A DNA stretch of 64,000 bases from a virus, in the IMG/VR virus record IMGVR_UViG_3300044641_002513, positions 24,897 through 88,896 of that record. The stretch is one strand, 5' to 3'. Numbering within the stretch: position 1 is the first letter of the stretch; every line of letters starts with the position of its first letter. Of this stretch, positions 5,659-16,278 are shown piece by piece. The notes under the pieces were generated by a model. That model had not been told where the DNA came from. It saw only the letters and a program-made list of their open reading frames with translations, and made no database searches. The position numbers and the translations under genes are program-made.

Positions 5659-7819
5659 CTCCAATTTCAGATTACCCGAGATACCTAACTTCCATCCAAT
5701 ACTAGAGTATTACGATAGAATTGGTTTTTGGAAAGACCAAAAAAGAAGATGTATAGAAGGATATTGGGTATCAGGTAAATGGATGCCTGGTCCTTTATAT
5801 TACTATATCAACTTTCACAACATACAATTTGAAGACGACTCTTCTGTATCTCAAGCTTTTGGTTTACCGTTTTTAAGAGATATAGATTGGGAATTGTTTC
5901 TACTATACGAAGAATGTAGAGGTTTTTCAGGTTTTGCTGACGACACACAGTTTACTTGTGATAGAAAATATGGACCTGAAAAAGAACTTTCTATAAAACT
6001 AAAAAGGATTACTGAAGAAGAAACTAAAAAGTTTACTTATATAACTGCTAGAGAATATCTACGTAAAAATCACGGCAAATCTTTAGGAAAACCACTATAC
6101 AAAAACTCTGCTAAGCATTTTATGTCTATACAAGCCCGTGGTTCAGGTAAATCCTACTCCTCTTCAGGCATTGTTAATCATAACTTACTATTTGACGGAG
6201 CTACAGACTACGATGACTACCTTACTAGAAGAAAAGCTAAACAATTCTTTGCATCAGACACAGTTGTAGGAGCAATTGACACTAAGTACACAGTGCCTTT
6301 ACTTAAAAAATCCTCTACTGCACTAGAACTTTTAGCAGGAAGTTATAAATTAGGAGATGAGTTTTTTCCTGCACCACTAATGATTGATTATTCAGGGTCA
6401 ATGGCTCCCAATAGAGACATTACAAGTATGTCTGGTTCAGTACTTAGACATAGAACCTTTAAAGATAACCCACTAGCAGCCAATGGTACTAGACCTAACT
6501 TAGTAGTGCTGGATGAGGTAGGTTTTATGTATAACATTAAAGAGTCTTGGGGAGCAGTAGAAGCAACACAAGCATCTAAACAAAAGAAAAACCTAGTAAT
6601 CTGGGCATTAGGTACAGGAGGACTAGTATCAGGTAAAGCAGCATTGTATGCTGAATCTATATTTCGTAATCCGCAAGATTATAACTGTATAGACTTTGAA
6701 GATGTATGGGAACATAGAGGACAAATAGGTTATTTTGTACCTTATTCTAAAACTCTTAATGAGTTTAAGACTGGTGAAAACAAAATAACTGATGACTTGC
6801 TAGCTAATATGTATATTGAAAACAGACGTAAAGAAGCAAAGAAGTCACCTGATCCAACTGTATACCAAACAGAAATTATCAACGGTCCTATGTTGCCTTC
6901 AGAAGCTTTCCTTGTATTAGAAGGAGCTTTCTTTCCAACACTACTAATTAAAGAACAACTAGCTGAAGTTGAAGGAGGTAAATACAAAAAATACACAGAT
7001 GCTTCTTTTAAAGGTAGACTAGTCTTTACACAAGACGGAGCAGTAGACTTTGAAACAATACAAGATGAGAAACCTATTAGAAAGTTCCCTTTAAACAAGA
7101 ATGATGACAAACGAGGGTGTGTAGAACTATGGGCTAAACCACAAAGAAATCCCGACGGTACTATCAACCGAGGAGTGTACATTGCAGGAATAGACGTTGT
7201 TGATAAAGACAAGGCTACTACTGACTCACTACCTTGTATAGTAGTAATGAATAGATTCACTAGACAAATAGTAGCAGAATACACAGGACGTACAGGTGAA
7301 GCTAAAGATTTTTATGAAATCTGCCGTAAGTTGCTAATGTACTACAATGCTATGGGAATGTATGAAAAAAACCTTATTGGTTTATACAACTACTTTGACC
7401 AAAACAAATGTACTTATCTCCTAGCAGAAACTCCTTACCAATTACGCTCAACTGATACTTATAAAGCAGGTACTAATACTTCTAAAGGTATTAATGCATC
7501 AGGTTCTATTAACTCTGAAGGACGTAATATGGTTAAGTCTTGGTTACAAGAAAGAATATCAACAGTATCAGAGACAAGAGTGTATGAAACTATTTATTCT
7601 CCAGCAATGCTAACAGAGTTAGTGATGTGGAATCCTGATGGTAACTTTGATAGAGTATCAGCACTAATAATGTTAATGTGGTTAGACAGTACTATGTATA
7701 AAGAAGTAACACAAAAAGTCGAACAGATAAAAACATTCTTAGATAATCCTTATTTTGAAAAAATGGGAGTACTAAAAAAGAAGCCAATAGAGACTTTTAA
7801 TTCAAATTATTATTCATAG
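5645..7819 (+). CDS. terL: terminase large subunit
   Basis: Walker A ARGSGKS, Walker B VVLDE, nuclease motifs YIAGID and NFDRVSA; crAss-type N-terminus (YYYINF). Confidence 0.95.
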   Translation: MIINNSNFRLPEIPNFHPILEYYDRIGFWKDQKRRCIEGYWVSGKWMPGPLYYYINFHNIQFEDDSSVSQAFGLPFLRDIDWELFLLYEECRGFSGFADDTQFTCDRKYGPEKELSIKLKRITEEETKKFTYITAREYLRKNHGKSLGKPLYKNSAKHFMSIQARGSGKSYSSSGIVNHNLLFDGATDYDDYLTRRKAKQFFASDTVVGAIDTKYTVPLLKKSSTALELLAGSYKLGDEFFPAPLMIDYSGSMAPNRDITSMSGSVLRHRTFKDNPLAANGTRPNLVVLDEVGFMYNIKESWGAVEATQASKQKKNLVIWALGTGGLVSGKAALYAESIFRNPQDYNCIDFEDVWEHRGQIGYFVPYSKTLNEFKTGENKITDDLLANMYIENRRKEAKKSPDPTVYQTEIINGPMLPSEAFLVLEGAFFPTLLIKEQLAEVEGGKYKKYTDASFKGRLVFTQDGAVDFETIQDEKPIRKFPLNKNDDKRGCVELWAKPQRNPDGTINRGVYIAGIDVVDKDKATTDSLPCIVVMNRFTRQIVAEYTGRTGEAKDFYEICRKLLMYYNAMGMYEKNLIGLYNYFDQNKCTYLLAETPYQLRSTDTYKAGTNTSKGINASGSINSEGRNMVKSWLQERISTVSETRVYETIYSPAMLTELVMWNPDGNFDRVSALIMLMWLDSTMYKEVTQKVEQIKTFLDNPYFEKMGVLKKKPIETFNSNYYS

Positions 7820-7824
7820 ATTTG
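7817..7824 (+). promoter_or_regulatory. TAnnTTTG promoter element upstream of portal
   Basis: TAGATTTG ends 21 nt before the portal ATG. Confidence 0.45.
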
Positions 7825-7845
7825 TATTTTAAATAAAATTTTACT

Positions 7846-10290
7846 ATGAGCTCTCCTGTAAAAATCCAAGGTTATATCAGTTTTCCAAGACAAAAGTTAT
7901 CTGATGCAGAAAAAACAGACCACTGGTATAAAAAGAATATAGACTTTGCAGAGCATCTATTAACATCGGACGTTAATCTACGTTCTAACTTTAAAAATAA
8001 AAAAAGCAACTACAACTTAAGAGTTAACATCATCAGCTCTAAAGACTTTGAGAAGTTTATCAACCCTGATAACTTAGATTTAGAATCTTTACCTGCTTCT
8101 TTCCAACACATAGGAATAGAAAACAGTAAAATTAACTTGTTGTTAGGAGAATATGCTAAAAGAAAGAAAGACTTTAAAGCATACATATCATCTAACGATT
8201 CAGAAAGTATATCTCGTAAAGAACAAACTTTAACTGACACTATAAAAGCAGAACTAGATAACATCATACAGACTACTTCTATTAGTGATGAAGAAATACA
8301 AAAAAGATTACAACAACTAGAAAAATATAAAACTTACCAATTCCAAGATATTGCAGAGATTACTGCTAACAAAATTCTAAAGAAAGAATACAAAGAAGGA
8401 GATTTTGATTTTACTTTCTTAAGAACTTTTGAAGACTTGCTTACAGCAGGAGAAGAAATAATGTATTGTGGAGTATTAGGAGGCAACCCTGTAATGAGAC
8501 GAGTTAATCCTATGAACTTATACACAATGGGCGGTAACTCAATGTATATCGAAGATGCCGACATTATTGTAGAATATGGTTATAGGTCAATAGGACAAAT
8601 AATAGATGATTACTGGGACGTACTACGACCTGAAGACATTGACTTCTTAGAAAGAGGAAAAGTAGATGCATCATTAGGTTCAGGTGGTGGTATAGGATTA
8701 AACAGAGATATTTCTGTATACGATTACTACGGAGAACAAGGTGCTCTTAATATCTTTCATCCTAACGAAATGGGAGTACGTACATTTGCAGGTGCTTTTG
8801 ATACTTACGGTAACGTACGTGTGCTAAAAGTATGTTGGAGGTCTAGAAGAAAAATAGGTGAGCTTACTTACTTTGATGAAGACGGTAACGAACAAAAAGA
8901 CTATGTTCCTGAAGACTATAAAGTTAACAAAACATTAGGAGAATCTTTAAAATGGATATGGGTTAATGAGTGGATGGAAGGTACTAAGATAGCTGACCAT
9001 GTATATACAGTAATGAGGCCTGTACCTTATGCTTCTAAATCCCTAGTTAACAAATCAAAAGGTACTCCACCTTATGTAGGTAGCGTAAACTCAACAAATG
9101 ATTACAAGGTTCAATCCTTAATGGATGTGATGAAACCGTTAGCTTATTCTTATGACATTGCTTATTACAAACGTGAATTAGCTATTGCTACCTACAAAGG
9201 TTCTTTTACAGCACTTAACAGTTCTTTAGTGCCATCAGGTTGGGACCCTAAAGAATGGATGAGATATGTAACTATCAATAAATTTGGTTGGTTAGACCCT
9301 ACTAATGAAATACTTAAAGGACCTTCTCAAGGTAAGTCAGCAGGAGCTTTCAATACACTTACAGCTCAACAAATACAAGTAGGTGACCCTAATGAAATAG
9401 GAATGTATACTAACTTAATGTTAGATATAGAAAATACTCTAGGTAAAATAGCAGGTGTTACAGGTGCTAGAGAAGGGCAAATACAAAACAGAGAAGCCGT
9501 TAATAATGTAGAACGTGAGGTAGCACAAACTTCTCACATTACAGAAAAATGGTTTGCAATAGATAACAACTTCCGCAAAAGAGTATTAACTAAGTTCTTA
9601 GAGTGTTGTAAATATGCTTATAAAACTAATCCTAAAAAAGGACAATACTTATTAGATGATATGGGGCAACAACTTATAACTCACTTCGACGAGTTTTGTG
9701 CTACGGAGTATGATTTACACTTGTCTAATTCTTCTAATGACCAACAGTTGTTTAATGACCTTAAAGCATTATCTCAAGCAGCTATTCAAAACGGACAAGC
9801 TACTATATCAGATTTAATTGCTATTAGCCAATCTGAATCTGTACAAGATGTTGCAAGAAAATTAGAAGACTCTGCTAGAAAAATTAGAGAAGAAAATCAG
9901 AAAATACAACAACAACAATTAGCTCAACAAGACGAAGCTAATAAATTAATGATGCAAGACAAGCAAGCTCAACGAGAGTGGGAGATTAAAAAACACGACG
10001 ATGATATTGCAGTAGAAAGAGAAAGAATAGAATCTAATATACTTATTGCAAGTATAAAAGAAGAGAATAACAACTACAGAAACAGCACTAATATGGTAGA
10101 CACTGATAACAATGGTGTGGGAGATTTATTAGACTTACGTCGCACTGAAGTTGATGAGAATTTTAAACAAGAACAGATTAACTTAAAGCAACAACAGTTA
10201 GAAGAAACAGTTAGAGCTAATAAAGCTAAAGAGGAACTACAGAAAAAATCTATTGCTGCTCAAGCTAACAGAGCTAATGGAGCAAAATAG
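7846..10290 (+). CDS. portal protein
   Basis: 814 aa after TerL; FPRQKL start, WINEW-like WVNEW, GVTGAREGQI, C-terminal coiled coil with DTDNNG, all typical of crAss-like portals. Confidence 0.9.
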   Translation: MSSPVKIQGYISFPRQKLSDAEKTDHWYKKNIDFAEHLLTSDVNLRSNFKNKKSNYNLRVNIISSKDFEKFINPDNLDLESLPASFQHIGIENSKINLLLGEYAKRKKDFKAYISSNDSESISRKEQTLTDTIKAELDNIIQTTSISDEEIQKRLQQLEKYKTYQFQDIAEITANKILKKEYKEGDFDFTFLRTFEDLLTAGEEIMYCGVLGGNPVMRRVNPMNLYTMGGNSMYIEDADIIVEYGYRSIGQIIDDYWDVLRPEDIDFLERGKVDASLGSGGGIGLNRDISVYDYYGEQGALNIFHPNEMGVRTFAGAFDTYGNVRVLKVCWRSRRKIGELTYFDEDGNEQKDYVPEDYKVNKTLGESLKWIWVNEWMEGTKIADHVYTVMRPVPYASKSLVNKSKGTPPYVGSVNSTNDYKVQSLMDVMKPLAYSYDIAYYKRELAIATYKGSFTALNSSLVPSGWDPKEWMRYVTINKFGWLDPTNEILKGPSQGKSAGAFNTLTAQQIQVGDPNEIGMYTNLMLDIENTLGKIAGVTGAREGQIQNREAVNNVEREVAQTSHITEKWFAIDNNFRKRVLTKFLECCKYAYKTNPKKGQYLLDDMGQQLITHFDEFCATEYDLHLSNSSNDQQLFNDLKALSQAAIQNGQATISDLIAISQSESVQDVARKLEDSARKIREENQKIQQQQLAQQDEANKLMMQDKQAQREWEIKKHDDDIAVERERIESNILIASIKEENNNYRNSTNMVDTDNNGVGDLLDLRRTEVDENFKQEQINLKQQQLEETVRANKAKEELQKKSIAAQANRANGAK

Positions 10291-10378
10291 AGCTATAGAA
10301 CTATAAGAGTTTTATAACAATTAATATACCCTATGTATAAAAATAATTTTAATATTGTAACCAATTAAGACAGCAAAT

Positions 10379-11518
10379 ATGAGTACAGAGAATGAAGAGT
10401 TATTTGAAGGACTTCAAATAATGACTCCCTCAGAATTAAATTCAGCAGTAGCTGAATCTAATAAAGAAGAAACTGGAGAAGAAGAAATTGAAGTAGATAA
10501 CCTACAGGAAGTAATAACTCCTGTAGAGAAAACTACTAAACAGAGTAACACTGAATCCTCAGTAGATACTGCTAGTAAAACAGAAGCAGTCTACAAAGGA
10601 TTAATGAAAGAACTTGTTAACGCAGGTATTTTAACAGCAGAAGATGTTGAAAAACTAGATGAGTTGCCAGGTACTTTAGATTCGATTAAATCGTTAGTCG
10701 ATAAAACAGTAAAAACTAATTTTAAAAAGGCAGAAGAGAATTGGAAAAAAAGTATGCCAAGTGTTAAGAAACGATTTTTAGAAATCGAAGACGCATTTGA
10801 CGAAACTGACCAAGCTATCTTAATGGCCCAAAGATTAGAGTTCTTTGATAGTATTGATAATGATGCTTTAGAAAAAGATGTAACCTTGCAAAAACAAGTT
10901 TACTTTGACTTATTAAAGTCTAAAAACTTTTCTGACCAAGATGCAATGGAGGCAATAGAAGATGCAGAGTCTGTAGGTAAGCTAGCAGATAAAGCTCTAA
11001 AAGCTATTCCTGAATTAAAAAACCAAGCTCAAGGTTATGTAAAAGAAGCTAAGGCTTTTAAAGAAGAAAGAACTAAAGCAGAGATTGAAGCTCAAAACAA
11101 AGCGTTTGAAAATTTAATCTCAAACATAGAATCTAGAGATGCTTTTATTGATGGGTTAAGCCTAAATAAAGTAGCAAAGGATAGATTAAAAGGTAATATC
11201 TTAAACCCTGTTTTTAAAGATGATGCAGGCCAAGAGTATAACAGTTTAATGTATAAACAAAAAAGAAACCCAGTAGAGTTTGAAATGCTAATCAACTACT
11301 ACGATACAATTGGGTTATTTAACTTAGATAAGCAAGGTAAGTTTAAACCTGATATTTCTAAATTAAAAAATGTAGCAAAAACAGCTGCGGTAAATGAGTT
11401 AGACAAAATCATTTCCTCAGAAGAACAAAGAGGCGTAGGACGTAATACATCAGTAGAAACATCACAGAAAACTGAAGGATTACTAAGTATGCTAGAAAGT
11501 GCTTTTACTAAAAAATAA
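10379..11518 (+). CDS. putative capsid scaffolding/assembly protein
   Basis: Acidic, helical 379-aa protein between portal and MCP, the conserved crAss position. Confidence 0.6.
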   Translation: MSTENEELFEGLQIMTPSELNSAVAESNKEETGEEEIEVDNLQEVITPVEKTTKQSNTESSVDTASKTEAVYKGLMKELVNAGILTAEDVEKLDELPGTLDSIKSLVDKTVKTNFKKAEENWKKSMPSVKKRFLEIEDAFDETDQAILMAQRLEFFDSIDNDALEKDVTLQKQVYFDLLKSKNFSDQDAMEAIEDAESVGKLADKALKAIPELKNQAQGYVKEAKAFKEERTKAEIEAQNKAFENLISNIESRDAFIDGLSLNKVAKDRLKGNILNPVFKDDAGQEYNSLMYKQKRNPVEFEMLINYYDTIGLFNLDKQGKFKPDISKLKNVAKTAAVNELDKIISSEEQRGVGRNTSVETSQKTEGLLSMLESAFTKK

Positions 11519-11553
11519 TAAATATATACCGTTAACAATTTAAAAAAAACAAA

Positions 11554-13065
11554 ATGGCTCAATTACTTCCATTACAAAGGTATGAAGCGAAAGATTACAA
11601 TGGTCTGGTAACAGATAACCACTTCTATTCTTTATACCAACAAAAACCACAATTGATTAGTAACGTAATCAAAGAAATCTACAAAACTAATTTACAAGGT
11701 AAACTTCGTGAATTTGTTGATAGATTTCCTGTTAAAGAAGTAGAACAAGAAAATGGTTTTTACAACTGGATGCTACAAGGACAACAAGATAAAAACTTGC
11801 CTTTAGTAGACGCTGAAACAATCAATGGTCTTACTATTTCTGCTGGAACTTTCCCTGCTAACGTAGGTGCAAACGGAGAGCGTTTCTATTTAATCTTTGA
11901 CGAACCTTTGTTTGAAGAAACAAACGTACTAAGAGGAGAAGTTGATGATTACCACTTATTAGTTAAAAAAGCTATGGATGCTGGTTCTCGTTACAAAGTA
12001 GAAGTTGAATTAGTTACAGACAATCCTAACAAAACTGTTCCTTCTGAGGAATTAGCTGTTGGAACTCGTTGGTCTAAATACTATTCATTAAGTCCTTCTA
12101 CATTATCTTATCAAGGTGCTAAACCTTACTTTACATCTCCTTGGAGAATGGAAAACCGTCCTACAACAATGAGAATGGAATATGAAGTAGCAGGTAACAC
12201 TATTAATAAAGGTAAAAACGAACCATTAGAATTTGGTTTCAATTACAAAGGACAATCTGAGTCTGTATGGATTAACTACCAAGATTTAGTTGCTCATCAC
12301 CAGTGTGAAGAAATGTTCGCAAGAATGTTAATGTACGGTAAGAAAAACTGGACTGCTGACCACAAATACTTGAACAAAGATGATAAAACGAAATATGCTA
12401 TCGAATCAGGTGCAGGTTTCTTTGAGCAAATTGCTCCATCTAACGTTCATTACTATAATACTTATGACCTTGACTGGCATTTAGAAATGTTGTTAGACAT
12501 GGGTGTTGGTAAATTAGAGCGTGGAAAACGTACTATCCACTTGTTAACAGGTGAGTTTGGTGCTATCGAAATCTCTAAACAAATCAACGCTAAATCAGGT
12601 GCAGGTAAGTTTACAGTAATCTCTGACAAATTCTTAACTTCTAATACTAACCCAGGAAACTTAGGTGGAAAAAACACTAAAGGTTTAATGGAGCCACAAT
12701 GGAATGTTTACGAATGGTACAATGGAGTTACTATTATGGTTGAAATCGTTGATTTCTTCGATGATGATGTATACTTCCCACAACGTCACCCTGATGGTAA
12801 AGGTATCGTAGAATCACACAGAATCCTTGCTTTAGATTATGGAGATAATGCAGGTATCTACCGTATTAAACCAAAAGGAGTTCCTGATTACAATTGGGCT
12901 TATATCCCAGGTATGAGAGACCCATTCTCTCCAGCAGGAAAAGGTTCACCTAAAATGGTAGCTTCACCAGTTGACGGTTACTCTGTACATTTCCAGAAAT
13001 GGGGTGGTATGATGATCGAAGACCCAACTAAAGTTGTAGACTTACGCTTAGTAGTTGAAAGATGA
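11554..13065 (+). CDS. major capsid protein
   Basis: 503 aa; crAss MCP-like motifs (IESGAGFFEQI, LLTGEFG, YIPGMRDPF, DGYSVH); followed by a terminator. Confidence 0.92.
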   Translation: MAQLLPLQRYEAKDYNGLVTDNHFYSLYQQKPQLISNVIKEIYKTNLQGKLREFVDRFPVKEVEQENGFYNWMLQGQQDKNLPLVDAETINGLTISAGTFPANVGANGERFYLIFDEPLFEETNVLRGEVDDYHLLVKKAMDAGSRYKVEVELVTDNPNKTVPSEELAVGTRWSKYYSLSPSTLSYQGAKPYFTSPWRMENRPTTMRMEYEVAGNTINKGKNEPLEFGFNYKGQSESVWINYQDLVAHHQCEEMFARMLMYGKKNWTADHKYLNKDDKTKYAIESGAGFFEQIAPSNVHYYNTYDLDWHLEMLLDMGVGKLERGKRTIHLLTGEFGAIEISKQINAKSGAGKFTVISDKFLTSNTNPGNLGGKNTKGLMEPQWNVYEWYNGVTIMVEIVDFFDDDVYFPQRHPDGKGIVESHRILALDYGDNAGIYRIKPKGVPDYNWAYIPGMRDPFSPAGKGSPKMVASPVDGYSVHFQKWGGMMIEDPTKVVDLRLVVER

Positions 13066-13079
13066 TAAAATTTTAAACG

Positions 13080-13112
13080 AGTTCTCCTCCCTAAAAAGAG
13101 GAGGACTTTTTT
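13080..13112 (+). terminator. intrinsic terminator after MCP
   Basis: CTCCTC/GAGGAG stem, extendable, followed by a T run. Confidence 0.75.
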
Positions 13113-13152
13113 AAAACGGAGAATTTAATATAATAATTTAAGACAGCAAAAA

Positions 13153-14091
13153 ATGGAAACAGCAGAAAAACAAAAAACTGTTTACGGTACTTTTCTACAA
13201 AATAGATTAGTTTCTGTAAAAGCAGTAGAGTCTTCAGGCAAATGGAGCACGTTATTAGTAAAAGGTCAAGAAAAACAAAAAGACCCTTTTATGTATAACA
13301 AAGTAAAACGAAGCTATCAAGTACCACTTAATAGCGAATTAAAAGGAGGAGGAGTAAAAGTTATTTTGGACGACCAAAAGAGAGTCAAAATCCAAAAGTA
13401 TATGGAATCATTTCCTAACGGAATGACCCAAAAAGAGTTCTTTGAAAAAGAGTTAGGAGTAGACTTAAACCCTACATCAGAAGCAGATAAAAACTTCTGG
13501 AGAAGTGATCGTAGAGGTAGAGTAGTTATTACTAAAGAAGGGATGACATTAAACTTGAATCAATCTTTAGATATGTTAAAGTATCTAATACTGATTTCTA
13601 ATAGAATGCTTATCGCTCCATCTTACGATGAGAGAACCTTAAAAGCTACTTACGAGTTTATGATTGTAGATGAAAGTAAAGTTACATCTCAAAAACTTGA
13701 AGAAGCTAACGTAAAATCTCAAGCTTATATTAAGTTTGCTGAAGTTACAAACAGTCGTTCTTCTATCATAGGATTTATTAAATCACTAGGTAGAACTATT
13801 CCTGCTACTGCTACTGATGAATGGCTAAAAGGAGAAGTATTAAATGTTGTTGATAACAGCCCTAAATATTTCTTAGAAGTAGTTGACCATCCGCAGTATA
13901 ACGAGCGTATCTTTGTACAAGAAGCTATTGAAGCTGGTGCAATAATTCGTAAAGGAGAAAAAAGATATGTTTTAGATAACGGTGCTGAATTAGGAGACTT
14001 AAATGATACTATCAATTATCTTTTAAATCCTGATAACCAAGAATCTAAAATGAGAATAAAAGGAAAAATTGAACTATTAAAACGTAAATAA
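13153..14091 (+). CDS. conserved crAss-like protein downstream of MCP (gene-75-like)
   Basis: Position plus C-terminal AIEAGAIIRKG...YLLNPDNQE motif. Confidence 0.7.
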   Translation: METAEKQKTVYGTFLQNRLVSVKAVESSGKWSTLLVKGQEKQKDPFMYNKVKRSYQVPLNSELKGGGVKVILDDQKRVKIQKYMESFPNGMTQKEFFEKELGVDLNPTSEADKNFWRSDRRGRVVITKEGMTLNLNQSLDMLKYLILISNRMLIAPSYDERTLKATYEFMIVDESKVTSQKLEEANVKSQAYIKFAEVTNSRSSIIGFIKSLGRTIPATATDEWLKGEVLNVVDNSPKYFLEVVDHPQYNERIFVQEAIEAGAIIRKGEKRYVLDNGAELGDLNDTINYLLNPDNQESKMRIKGKIELLKRK

Positions 14092-14855
14092 TGACGGCTA
14101 ACGAAATGGCTAATTTGCTAGATGAGAAAGTAGATAGAGTATCTAGTTTTGGTTCCCCTGGGTACGAAGACTTTGACTACACTTCTGTATTATCTGAAGC
14201 ACAACAGCTATACGTTAAAAAGTTTTTTGATGAAGTAAACAATAGAAAAGGCAAAGGCTTTGAAGAAATTGAAATAAGAAACCAAGGATTAGCTGCTCTA
14301 GTAAAGGACGGTAACAACCTAACGGCTTCTGCTTCTCAAACAGGAATTATTACGAATAATTATGTTATAGGAAAGTTCTTTGATTTACCGCTTGACCACA
14401 TGTATACTATATACGAAGAGTGTACTATAGATAAAAAGATATGTGGAACAGAGGAATTTATTATTGGGTACATAGTAACAATTGCTCACAATGAAATGCA
14501 AAGGTTTAACTGGAGCAAATATAAAAAACCGTTTTACAACATTACGGGAGATTGTAGAGTTTGGCGTTCTGAGTTTTCAAGAAGCACTTCTGGTATTTTA
14601 CCTAGTGCTGCTGCAACTGCTAAACGTCACGAATTGTTTACTGATAAAACTTTTAATATAACTAACTATCATATTAGATATGTTAAAAACCCATTAGACA
14701 TAGTAGTTAATAGAACTACTGTTGCTAATCAAAGAAACTGTGAATTAGATACTTCAACTCACGTAGTTATAGTAGATATTGCAGCAGACTTGTTACTACA
14801 AAGAGTTAAAGAACAAAAAGTTCCTTTAATAGAAGGATTTAAAGATTTAGAATAA
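14091..14855 (+). CDS. tail/head-tail ring protein (gene-74-like)
   Basis: SPGYED...LSEAQ, YHIRYVKNP, CELDTSTHVVIVDIA ring-protein motifs. Confidence 0.75.
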   Translation: MTANEMANLLDEKVDRVSSFGSPGYEDFDYTSVLSEAQQLYVKKFFDEVNNRKGKGFEEIEIRNQGLAALVKDGNNLTASASQTGIITNNYVIGKFFDLPLDHMYTIYEECTIDKKICGTEEFIIGYIVTIAHNEMQRFNWSKYKKPFYNITGDCRVWRSEFSRSTSGILPSAAATAKRHELFTDKTFNITNYHIRYVKNPLDIVVNRTTVANQRNCELDTSTHVVIVDIAADLLLQRVKEQKVPLIEGFKDLE

Positions 14856-14886
14856 TAAAAGATTAATAATTTAAAAACAAAATAAA

Positions 14887-16182
14887 ATGTTAAGAAAAGC
14901 AAACAATGTGTTTAGCGTAGTGCTAAACGACGTAGATGTAGCTACTACAGCATTACCGTCTGTAGGTACAGTTATTACAAACGCTAACTTACCTGCTGGT
15001 GCAGTCGTACTATGTGACTTAGGTTTACGTAGAATGTCTAACACTGAATATGCAGCGTTAGCAAATGGTGACCAATACTTTGTAGTACAAGGTAAAGGAG
15101 CTACTGAGCCATTAATGAAATCTCCAGTTATTACTAAAGGAACTGCTAAGTTTACTATTGCTAAACACAAACCTGCTGTTCAGCAAGTTACAACTGTTGG
15201 TTATAATGGTACAACTGGTGCTCTTCCTGTAGCTAGCAACTCTGATTTCTTTATTAAAGTTCGTAAGCACGATAACGATGCAGCTAACCGTTCTCAACCT
15301 ATGAGTTTATTTGCTGGTCCAGTTCGTACTGATGCTTCAGGTACTCAAGAAGAATTGGCTTTTGCATTAGTTGCAAATGGTTTAAAAAACTTTGCACAAG
15401 AGCCTGCTAATGGTTACTTGAAATTTGAAGCATTAGTTGCTGGAACTCAAGCTGACTGGGTAGGAACTGCAACACACTTATCTTTTACTAAAGGTTCAAG
15501 AGTAGCTTTGTTTACTGATAGTGCAGGTGCAGCTTCTACAGCTACAGCTCCAACTGTAGGTGGTATCTTACGTTCATTAGGAGTAGCTTATAAAATTACA
15601 GCTTCTTCTACTACGTCTGTTACATTAAACTATGCTTACCAAGGTGATACAGGTTTAGTAGCAGGTGGTACTACAGCAGCTTCTCAAGTAGGTATTGTAG
15701 GAACTCCAGGTGACTACGGTGTACGTTTGACAGGTGTTGCTGCTCCATTTAATGTTAACACATTTAGAGATTACTACGCTAACCGTTTCAATGTAACTTT
15801 CTCAGATACGTCTACTTTAGTTACTTTGCTTACAGGTGCTCGTAATGGTAATGGTGTATGGCAACAAGTTGCTATGGACGAATATATGAACTACGGTTTT
15901 GAAGGAGAAAATAACCAATTGGCTACTCCTTCTGTACCTCGTGACCAAGTTGTTAAAATCCCAGGAGTAAACAGCAACACTGCTGCTACTTCTAAATACT
16001 CTGCTCTTAACATTGCTTGGGAAGAGAATATTGGCGGATTAGTTTCAGCTTCAACTGCAAGAGGTAACGTAGTAGTATATCTTAATTTAGATTCTTCAGG
16101 AGACTTAGACACAGCTACATCTAACAATGGTGAAGCATTTGTAGTAGCTTTAGGTCTTACTGCGGCAGATTTTGACGAGTAA
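14887..16182 (+). CDS. abundant structural protein, probably auxiliary capsid protein (gene-73-like)
   Basis: Ala/Gly/Thr-rich beta protein with MCP-like codon bias, GNGVWQQVA motif, own terminator. Confidence 0.65.
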   Translation: MLRKANNVFSVVLNDVDVATTALPSVGTVITNANLPAGAVVLCDLGLRRMSNTEYAALANGDQYFVVQGKGATEPLMKSPVITKGTAKFTIAKHKPAVQQVTTVGYNGTTGALPVASNSDFFIKVRKHDNDAANRSQPMSLFAGPVRTDASGTQEELAFALVANGLKNFAQEPANGYLKFEALVAGTQADWVGTATHLSFTKGSRVALFTDSAGAASTATAPTVGGILRSLGVAYKITASSTTSVTLNYAYQGDTGLVAGGTTAASQVGIVGTPGDYGVRLTGVAAPFNVNTFRDYYANRFNVTFSDTSTLVTLLTGARNGNGVWQQVAMDEYMNYGFEGENNQLATPSVPRDQVVKIPGVNSNTAATSKYSALNIAWEENIGGLVSASTARGNVVVYLNLDSSGDLDTATSNNGEAFVVALGLTAADFDE

Positions 16183-16196
16183 ATTCTCCAACCCCC

Positions 16197-16251
16197 AGTA
16201 GTCCCACCACAGAAATTTTGCTGTCTATGTGGTGGGTACTACTATTTTTTT
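16197..16251 (+). terminator. intrinsic terminator with a large 16-nt loop
   Basis: AGTAGT-CCCACCACA / TGTGGTGGG-T-ACTACT stem followed by a T run. Confidence 0.85.
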
Positions 16252-16254
16252 GTT

Positions 16255-16262
16255 TACTTTTG
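16255..16262 (+). promoter_or_regulatory. TAnnTTTG promoter element
   Basis: TACTTTTG immediately after the terminator, ending 16 nt before the next ATG. Confidence 0.5.
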
Positions 16263-16278
16263 AATATATAAAATTGTT

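Noticed and set aside
5645-13065. Introns or inteins in TerL, portal or MCP
   Set aside because: Reading frames are continuous with ordinary lengths, and no homing-endonuclease or intein motifs were seen.
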